From assembly GCA_050230475.1 (NCBI GenBank), contig JBFLGF010000184.1, positions 1 through 52,181 of the forward strand: 52,181 nt of DNA, written 5' to 3'. Under the pieces are notes generated by a model. That model saw only the letters and a list, made by a program, of their open reading frames with translations. It did no database searches and was not told the DNA's origin. The translations under genes and the position numbers were made by a program. Origin of the DNA: Ancylonema sp. (Eukaryota). Shown here piece after piece: positions 36,561 to 52,181 of the stretch (position 1 is its first letter; each line of letters opens with the position of its first letter).

Positions 36561-38636
36561 TACGGTATATTGGATCCGGACTATCGTATCTCAACCCTAA
36601 AAACCCCTATTTTATCGTAATCTAACTTAACCTATCTTGTTGTTTACGTCATTTCGTGTCAACAACGAAAATGTGTACGATAGTTCGATTCAAAATTGGT
36701 AATCAAATTGGTTGTTGTCACATGTCTATATGAAAATACTCGATATCACGACACCCTTCCGCAACTTTTGTTTTTGTTTCCGACAAAACGGTGTTCCCCG
36801 TCAAAATGGTACCCTCGATACAACGACAATAATTTGTGACAAAATACCCCACAATTTATTGTGTGTAGTTTTCCGGTACAACTTATACCGAGTAGTTGAA
36901 GCGTTTTCCTGAAATGGGTCGGGGAGTGGCGAAACCTTTCATAACTTCACTTGACCTACCTTGAGGTTTCGAGGTACGTTTGGGTCCTGGGGCATTTATT
37001 CCACGGTAACCGATGGGTATGAACCCTAAATTCGGGAGGCGGGACTAATTAGGGTTCCTACCTTGGGTTCCGGGTTACGTGTAGGCCTCCACTCTACATA
37101 TAATTGATTAGTGTGTTTGTATTTAAGTGAATTCGGTGGTCGAGATTCAAGCTCATTGAGTTTGGTAATGTAATCACGACACGGGCTCCGGACTCGTTTC
37201 ACGCTCTGGGCTCCCCGCACTTTTGGTCCTACAGTAGTAGAATATCAATATAGCAACCCTCAATATACCGAGAGCCTCGTTATAACAAAAATTAATTCGG
37301 TTGTGTCCCCCCCCCCCCTCAAAAAATGAAAAAAAATATAAAACTGGATGTTTTTCGCTTAATACTAGTATAACGACCCTCCATATGTAGTAACTCAAAT
37401 CTGGGAACCCACGATTGAATGGCGTAACTGAATAATTTTAAGAAGAATCATTAGTTATTCTTATACATAACGAAAAATGGAATTGTGTAAAATCTTGGAA
37501 TTCTTAGTGCGAAAACTTGGATTTTGTCTGGTTGGCAGCAATGATGTGCTATGTGGCTTCACGGTTTTTATACGTTTTCAGATTAGCCCACTTATAGAAG
37601 CCTTCAATGAATTACATAGAGATCGTTAGCCATATTGCTAATTTGCTTGGGTTGTGAAGTTGTAGGCTATGCACTAGGTTTATGTCGTCGCTACACTGTC
37701 TCTTCAAGAAGTGTATAGCTCCGGTGAATGCTCGGCAGAATTGGGCACAATTCGGATTCTGGTGGAATGAGAGCTTTCTAGATTGGTGTGAACCCATTCA
37801 CACCTCAAAAAACAATAATGAAAAATGATGTTGAAGTTCAAGAAATGAAACCGATTCGATTTGTTGGTTGCCTCCCGGATACGGATCGGATGCGGATTGG
37901 GTCATATCCGGATTAGCGCCACATTGGCGTCTTCCCAATTGGATTGGTTTCGGATCGGACATTTCCCCGTTCGATTTGGCCCAACTATGATTCCGAGTAC
38001 GTGACACACATTAAAATGTGGGATGCCTATATCTCAAAATAATTACAGAAACAATGCATTGCATGAGCATATACATTACCCACCTTCACTATCATGTGCG
38101 ATATGCGCTATTGAGTAGAGATGCTAATACTTGTATATTAAGATATACAAGGAGTCACAATAAATATTACACGGAGAACAAAATAAAATGTATACACTAG
38201 ACATTCATTTGCATTTTTTTCCCAAGAAATTGCTTCTAGTGACTAAAGAAACTCTAGATTACGTTTTTTTTTTTTCCCGGTTCCTTCGCCATGCTCTTTC
38301 TTTTTTCATAATGGGGTAGATAAAAACTCGAGGATTTTATTTTTCGAACAAACATTGTTGGATACGATCCCAATCACTTCTTGCCGATTTCTTGCCGATG
38401 TTTGCCGATTCATTGGGCTCATTCGAGCTCCGAGTCCGTATTATTCGCGCTCACTGGAGTTGTTGACGGACTTCATCGCTAGCCCCAACTTCTCCGTCGC
38501 ACGTGCAGCCAAGACAGCGCCACAGAAACGAAGCCCAGGACGAGGGCAGTAGCCAAGAAAGTTGCATCCCCTTCATGAGCAGTCCTGCTTGCTTGATTGA
38601 TTAGAATCCACAAATACTGCCCCCGTATTCAGCACC

Positions 38637-39545
38637 ATGGCGACATGTCTCTGGACGAATCCTGCTGTCGATCTGTGGAAGCCGATCCCAACCTCATGCA
38701 ATGCGCGTGTTTCTGCCGCGTCTGATCGCCAGCTGACTCTAAGATACGATATATTACTACATCGCAAAATTACCAGCGTCATCTGCTGCAGCCAATCTAG
38801 TGTTACCTCTGGGGAAGCACCAACACAGCATGATGGAACCTTAACCAGTGGTCACACTGCCGTACTGGAGGCTCTGTCTGTTATAAATCAGCGTTTGGAT
38901 TCCATCTCCTCTCAGCTAGCTGGCCAAGACATCAAAATATCCGATGCCCTCAAGCACCTCGGGGTGGTTGAAAAAACCACAGAGGATAATAAACGGGAAG
39001 TGCTTGAGCTTACAGAATTAGTGTCAGAGCTCAGAGACGGCGTATGTCGCCCTGAGATTGAAGTTGAGGAAACTGAGGAAGAAGATGAAGGAGCGTGGTC
39101 GAAGGACGAGTACTTGGCGAAGTACCGGCTGCTTGCTCAAATAAAAGCAGATGAGGTGATTGAGGATGCGCAGATCGTGGCAAGGCAACTGCTGGGAGAC
39201 CTGGTCAGGGTCGCAGTGAACACAGGAAAAATTCCTCTGCCGGCAGGCGTTGAGCTGATGCAGGCAGGACTTGTAGCAATGGGCGAGGACCTGGAGACAG
39301 TTCATTTAGTGGTGGACTCATTTCCGGATTTAAAGAAAAGAGAGGATGGCGAGTTTGCCATTGGTATAGACGACATTCATACTGCTGTGGTGCGGGCTAC
39401 AAATCTTCGAACTGTTCTTGGAGGGACGCAAGTGTTGGCAGTGCTTCTTGGGCAGTCTATCCACCCTGATGCTGCCGCTGAGGCTGAAAGTAAAGGGATA
39501 CATGTGATTCTGAGGAATCAAAATGACGAATCTGCAGTATTCTAA
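38637..39545 (+). CDS. Intronless 302-aa protein: transit-peptide-like N-terminus, coiled coil, C-terminal domain resembling prokaryotic PD-(D/E)XK-fold proteins (probably catalytically inactive)
   Basis: 909-nt open frame with protein-like composition. Ser/Thr/Arg-rich N-terminus and heptad segment LSVINQRLDSISSQL...LTELVSELR. C-terminal pattern AGLVAMG..VHLVVDSF..IGIDDIHTAVVRA..L...VLAVLLGQSI..DA...AESKGIHVI. Confidence 0.75.
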   Translation: MATCLWTNPAVDLWKPIPTSCNARVSAASDRQLTLRYDILLHRKITSVICCSQSSVTSGEAPTQHDGTLTSGHTAVLEALSVINQRLDSISSQLAGQDIKISDALKHLGVVEKTTEDNKREVLELTELVSELRDGVCRPEIEVEETEEEDEGAWSKDEYLAKYRLLAQIKADEVIEDAQIVARQLLGDLVRVAVNTGKIPLPAGVELMQAGLVAMGEDLETVHLVVDSFPDLKKREDGEFAIGIDDIHTAVVRATNLRTVLGGTQVLAVLLGQSIHPDAAAEAESKGIHVILRNQNDESAVF

Positions 39546-40399
39546 ACCTTCACGACACGAACAACCTGAGTCAGGTCTGTTCAGAAGGTTTCAACAACTA
39601 GGTTGCTTCAATAATATCTCATGCAACTCGTGGCAGCAACGGGGGTGAGAAATTTATCGTTTTTTTCAATAAGAGAGGGGCGTCTGGTGGTGCCTGAAGT
39701 GCTTGTGCCTGTGTACAATAGTGTGCAATGTTTGTATCATAAGATTTACCTGAGATAGGGGGAGCATTGTTGCATTGTGTGAGGTATGTTGACCGCCTAG
39801 GATTAGCTCATAAGTTCATCAAACCATGCCTTTTTTGAATAGGTACCATGGTTTGAAGGTGTGAAAGGTACATCGAAATAAAGGATAAGTGTCTCTTGTA
39901 CGACTCCTTCGCTGAATGTACACCGCTCCGCATTTCTGATATACGAATGCTCGTCAGTCTCAGATTAGATTGTAAAACTTGTGAGAGTTGGAGGTAAGCA
40001 TGCCCGGCACCAGACTAAGGTGTCTAGGGTGGTAAACTGTTGTGTTCTTGGCTGCATGCATTGATAACGCGATGATTATAACCTTGGAGTTTATGCTGCA
40101 CGTTGACGATAAAAATAGAAATTCTGATTTGAGGTTGTTGGACTAGCAAACGTCCTAAACTAACATCCTGCTAACACCATCGATGGGCGACCAAAAGCTG
40201 AGAAGATGCAATGCGTTTGACTTTTTATTTTTGATAAATAATTGATGGTTTCATAACTTTGGTTTGCTGGCGATACACTTCACACTTGAGGTTAACATTC
40301 CCACATGAGGCCAAAGTCGTACGCCTTACTTACATTGCAAGTATTCTGCATAGATTGCTTAGCTATGTGAGAGAATTGAATCTGTCCCATTCATCACAG

Positions 40400-40639
40400 A
40401 CCGTAGTGGCCACACATAATGAGCCGGGTTTTTTAAAACGAATTAATTTAGCCTAGCAACCACCATTTGACCCAACCCGCGCACTGAATATGAAATGTCC
40501 CAAAATCCTAAAATGTATTTATTTTCTGATAACCCACATGTAGAATGGGCCACTTTTTCACAAATTTGAATTATTTATTTTGACCCGACCTACCCTTTTC
40601 ATAATTATTTAAGGGTCATTATGTGTGGCCACTATGGTG
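40400..40639. mobile_element. ~240-bp TIR element (same family as 18065-18316)
   Basis: TIRs ACCGTAGTGGCCACACATAATGA / TCATTATGTGTGGCCACTATGGT. Internal homology to the 18-kb copy. Confidence 0.8.
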
Positions 40640-41049
40640 CACATGCGTGTGAGAGCGTATGCCATCTGACATTTGTTAGCATATGTGAGAAACATATGCT
40701 CAGATGCATGGATGCATCAGTAACCATACCCAGATCCATATCATGCATGAGAAACATCCCTGTAACACATCCATATCAAAGTACTCGCTGACCTCAATGT
40801 CATTCTTGCACTCATAAAACGTGGAAGTCATACGGGAGAACAGAGAATACATTTTGTATGTGTGCAGAACTCGTAGCAACTGACTTAGTTCCCAGCATAA
40901 ATGTATTCGTGCGGATCGTCTCTTCCCTTGGCTCTCTCGCTGAATATTTCCGGTTTATTTTGGTTGCACATTATGCAAAACACAAGAGCTACCAGTAAGA
41001 AGCTCCACCAATACTGCACACAACGCACTTGCATCACTGAGTTACAAGC

Positions 41050-42635
41050 TGAATAATTCACTTCGAGAGTCAACAAGCTTTGCCATTGCCGACAGGTCAT
41101 CGCTCAGATGATTCAGATTCACAGTGCTCAACCAGATGCAAATATTTGCAGGGAAAATTGGAACAACAATAGAAGTACTTATACTTACCGACTGTGTGAT
41201 TTTTACAGTCATGTCTAAAGATTTGAAGCTTTGGGTTCCACTCCTTATTGAAATCACGAGCTGCATCTATCCCCATACTCCCTAAACAAGGACCCACGCG
41301 CCAACAATTTTTACGGGGAAGGCTGGCCAACCGTCTTTCCTGTACAAATCCTGAGACACAAGAACAAGTGGCAGCATTCACGTTTCCGTTGGCGAAACAA
41401 GCTCCGACCATTTCGCATTCCGTTGTACTCTGAACAATACAGGTCACAAGTGTCTTCATCACACCCCCCTAGAAACACAGGTAATCGCCCACTTAGAAAC
41501 GGAACAACGTCACGTAAAGGCTGTGAGTTTATGCCCAATAACAATTGCCGACGAGGACACAGCTTCAAGTAGTTAAAATTGCTAGTTAAGTAAATCAGGT
41601 AATGCGTGCTACGTGCGATACGATGTTTCCTCAACACTAAGTTGAGCAGTAATGTATTCTTCAAGATAATCTCCAGGCAACGATACTTAATGATGAGTGT
41701 GATCAGTCTCAGGACCTGAGAGTGGAAATAAATGCAGCATAGACGCGAGAACATGCTAGGAGTTGTGATTGTCACAAAACAGTTGAGTCAGCAGTGCATA
41801 ATTTGGGAGCTGACCTGGCACAGCCTGGCCTAGGATGACTCTGATTGCAACGCTCGGATCCTCTGGGGACACAGGTCGGAAGTCAAATAGTGTGCACTGT
41901 AAGCATGGGCAGATTTGCACACAAAGTTAGCACATGCATTCCTTGCAGAATCACAGGCACAACGGCTATGAGCAAAAATGAAGAGGTGAGCCAGAAAGAG
42001 CTCTCGTCATCCACATTTCCCGTAGTTCGCAAAATCGAGAAAAGTTTTCAAAGATTAGACTTGCGGGGAATTTGAGAACGACTTGCGAGGGACTTTCTAG
42101 GCACTGCAGGCGCAGGCGTCCAAGAGTCGCGTCCGCGGTGATCACAGCTTCAAACGCATACCTGCCCTGATGAGGATTTGATGATCGTCATAGAATGCCG
42201 GAAGAGGGACGGGAAGAGACGTTCTCCGGCGGCAGCGACCCATTGAGGGGGCCCTGAAGGCACGTCGAGATCAACTGTTGCCACGTACACCTCGTCTGAC
42301 GCGGAATCCGTCCCTGTCGCTGCATTGTGGCTGTTGCCGATCCGGAATATAAAAGCTTCTTTTCCACGTGCAGGACTAAAAAAGGCGAATAACGCGTCTG
42401 TCGATGGCCGAAGGTATTGTACACGCTGGTAGTAAGTAGCTCCATGCGGTAGGGACGCGAATCGCAAAGAGGAGGAGTTGGCCACAGCGTGCAGCTGATG
42501 ATGGCGGGTAGGGTTGAAGACGGAGATGTTTGTCAACGGAATTCTCAGTGCCAGCGGTTTGTACCGCCCGCATGATGCGGACGTTCGTGCGTCAAAATTT
42601 GGAATCGACATCTGCTTGGCCTTTAAGCAGAGCAT
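41050..42635 (-). pseudogene. Probable decayed gene with kelch-like and EGF-like fragments
   Basis: FIFRIG...DEVYVATVDL...QWV...G..FP..FRHSMTII (kelch-like) ends at a GT donor (42161). Cys-rich CDLYCSEY / CEMVGAC...CSCVSGF is split by a frameshift. Confidence 0.3.
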
Positions 42636-42835
42636 CTACTAAAACAGGAACCCCCCTCAAGCCCCCCCCCAATCCTTGCACATAGGGTTCAGTTTCTGCT
42701 CGAGGGTGGTTGCTTCGCCGGCCTACAGGAACACGTCAAGGCTTTCAGGAGCCTGATGCAAGTCGAGCAGAAGGCATTCTGATTAGAAGATGCCAGTGGA
42801 TCATTCTCTGGTAAGTCCTGTACTACTATTGCACT

Positions 42836-43169
42836 CATGATTGTGCCCGATCCGATCGGGTTACTTCCGATCCAGCGCCGATCGCATCAGACCCTATCCG
42901 GCTCCGATCCGTCGGATCGAAGGCACATAATATGGATGGGGAATCGTTTTGGTGAAAAGCTTTCCTGATGTGCACCCATTGTGGTGTGCATCCGCCCAAA
43001 ACGTTTTTTTCCTGTTTTTAATTATTTATCATGATGGGCCCGACTCGTTCGAAATATCTATGGTCCGGCCCCAACCCGGATTGAGTCCGATCCGATACTA
43101 GGATCAGGATCCGAACCGGAAATGGGATCCGAACCGGAAATGGGATCCGACTGGATTGTGCCAAACTAG
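42836..43169. mobile_element. Degenerate hAT-type MITE (CATAGTTG-related ends, GATCCG subterminal repeats)
   Basis: Ends CATGATTGTGCCC / GTGCCAAACTAG. Flanks ATTGCACT and ATTGCATG match at 6/8 as a TSD. Related GATCCG-rich relics lie near 1620-1710 and 37860-37989. Confidence 0.55.
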
Positions 43170-45537
43170 ATTGCATGAGGAGACAAGCATTGGTTGTTAG
43201 CTTGCAATGACAACGTTTTTTGTTTGGTTGTGGATAACAATGAAGCATTAGAAAAGTGGATTGTATAAAAGATCGATGTGTTAGACAACGACTGCCTACT
43301 TGGGGGGGTGTGGACCAGAAGAAACTTAGTCAAGCTTAGTCAAAACCCAACAAAAGACAAGTTGTACAACTATCGTGCGAATGGAACGAAAGGATGTGAG
43401 GAGCGCCACCTAAGTTCTATGGTAAACCGAAAACCTTCAGAGTCACACTGCAACAACACCAAAACACTATTGAAGCCTAAAATGGTGGCCAATATTTGTA
43501 ACAAGCTCTGATATTGCAACAAAACACTATTCCATTGTACACACAAAACACTAAGAACCAAAACTGCTAATTCTTGTGTCGCAACTTGTGGTATTGGCAG
43601 CACAAGTCAAACTTAATACAATCGACTATATCGCGCGGTTCCACGTGGCATAAGAAAAGCGAGGGTTCCGTGCCAGTCGGACACGGTGCCAAGAGCGGAA
43701 GTGCTAAATTTATAAGGGAGCAATTCCAGGGATTGAAACTTCGAAGCCTCAACTTCACACTCTCATGATGGCCCACAAACAACTGCATCACCCAACATTA
43801 ACACGTGCCACTCAGTATGCAGTAGTTACCGTTGCTTTGAGCACTTCAGAAACTCTCATCCGCTTCTTGTTACCATTGGGATTGGCAAAAACCGTGAGAC
43901 TACGGCGGATATAGGTGCCGTTTGATAGTACTCCCAATTCAGATGAAGTTTTTAATATCATGACTACTAGCATGCCGGCCCGGTGTGCTTCATAAAGGCA
44001 ACAACTTCCACAGTCAAGTAATGAGAGGCTGGCTTGCATGTCCTGTCAGGTTGTGGTGGCTGGAAGGTGATCGACGAAGTCAGACACTGCAGCAACACAT
44101 TTACAAAGCGTGTATATTTGGTTGCCTGATAACTACTAACACCGTGGCTCAGTCCAGAGATCGAGGGACTTACCACACCGAGATTTAGGCACCGACAATT
44201 ATATTGTTGATGGGAATGAAGATAAGCTTCACGAAGAAACCGATAAACCCCATGACAATGAAGCCACAGGCAGTCCTGAATGCGACCTTCGTGAACTCTG
44301 AAATGAGAAAAAAAAAACAGTGACCATGAGAGAGAGAGAAAATCATTGAGCACTGGAAGCAGCCTGCATCAGCGAGAAAAATGCAAGTACGTAGAACCTA
44401 AGAGTAATGAATAGGACTAGTATCCTCATGTGAAGTAGCCAGCTTTCAGGATGAAGGATGAGATAGCCCACGTCCTCGCCAGGCATTTGCAAGACGAGGT
44501 ACGCGTGAAATCCACAGAAAAACATATATACAGCCTATGCCCTTTTTTTTTTTCCAGTTGTATCCCCCCAGACTACAATTCAGAAGAAAAATGGGACCGA
44601 CAGGGCATGGTTCCGACCGGGGCGACCCAAGATATCCAAGCAGACGAAAGAAACTGTACCTTTGCGGTCAGGTTTTTGACACCGCTTCACCAGACGGATG
44701 CTATCCTTAGCAAAGTTCTGAATCGGTCGGACAACATAATCTACCGCCTCCATCTTGCTTACTCCACGTTACTACCTCGGATGCGTTTGCAACTGGGAAG
44801 CCCTTGTGCACAAACACACTATGCCCTCCTTGCGCGGACTTTGGCAATGAAGGATATCGCTTGAGCTGAGTTGCAAGTCACTGTGCAACTGGATATCGTT
44901 GATCACTGCTCCGCACTATGGCCTTGACTGTACTGGAGGACAGGAACTGTTCGTTTTCCCAGTTGAGGTTTTGCACTGTGCGGTTCGGTTCCCGGTATAA
45001 CGTGACCGGTAATGGAAAGAAATGGTGCAATCGGGCGGAAGGTCAAAGCAGCCAAAGGTCAGACACGATTATACCGGTACATCAATACCAAGATATAACG
45101 TCAACTGAGATTCCGTCGATATAACGACACAATTTTCCAGATTTGTGTCGTTCAAAATAACGATGTGCTGATATAACGATATCAACAGGGAACCAAATCT
45201 ATCCCAACCGTAGGCCCTCCGCGGTTGAGGCCAACGACTTGGGCAGTAAACTTGGGCTCATCCGAGCAGAAACCAAGACAACAAGTCCTTTGAACTGAAT
45301 TGAACTTTTAAACACGTGCGAACAACAGAACTAAGGACCTCCGTGCGGACCTCCACGTGGCGTGTCCACAATTTAGCACGTGCGAGGGTCAGCGTCCAGT
45401 CTCGCACATTTGCAGACGTTCATCTGCAGAGACATCTTGTCACCTTGATTCAGTACCGACAGCCGGACCCCCGGAAACAACTGCACTCCTAACCGAACGT
45501 CGAGTCAAAAGTCCAATGCTTGTGAAGCTCCCTGCTG

Positions 45538-52181
<6,644 letters not shown>

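Overview
Eukaryotic nuclear DNA with GT-AG introns and plant-type genes, most likely from a green plant or streptophyte alga. Host genes are a 3-exon tRNA m1G9 methyltransferase (TRM10, minus strand), an intronless class-I-like small heat shock protein with an HSE and TATA box, and the 5' part of phosphatidylinositol 4-kinase alpha (13 exons traced, running off the window end). Two unassigned genes are the most interesting. (i) A 4-exon gene at 14092-17752 can be spliced into a divergent MBD-like domain, six AT-hook-like repeats, a SAM-like segment and a coiled coil, with an in-frame TAG in the last exon. (ii) An intronless 302-aa ORF at 38637-39545 has a transit-peptide-like N-terminus, a coiled coil and a C-terminal domain resembling prokaryotic PD-(D/E)XK-fold proteins with altered catalytic residues. 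Intergenic DNA is dense in transposons: a full-length but defective Ty1/copia element (21853-27165, 5-bp TSD) whose gag ORF starts in the LTR and whose two LTRs differ at their ends, several hAT MITEs with 8-bp TSDs, several Tc1/pogo-type MITEs with TA TSDs (one inside a long (TA)n tract in a PI4KA intron), and decayed kinase-like and kelch/EGF-like remnants. All protein family calls come from recognising motifs by eye; no database search was run.
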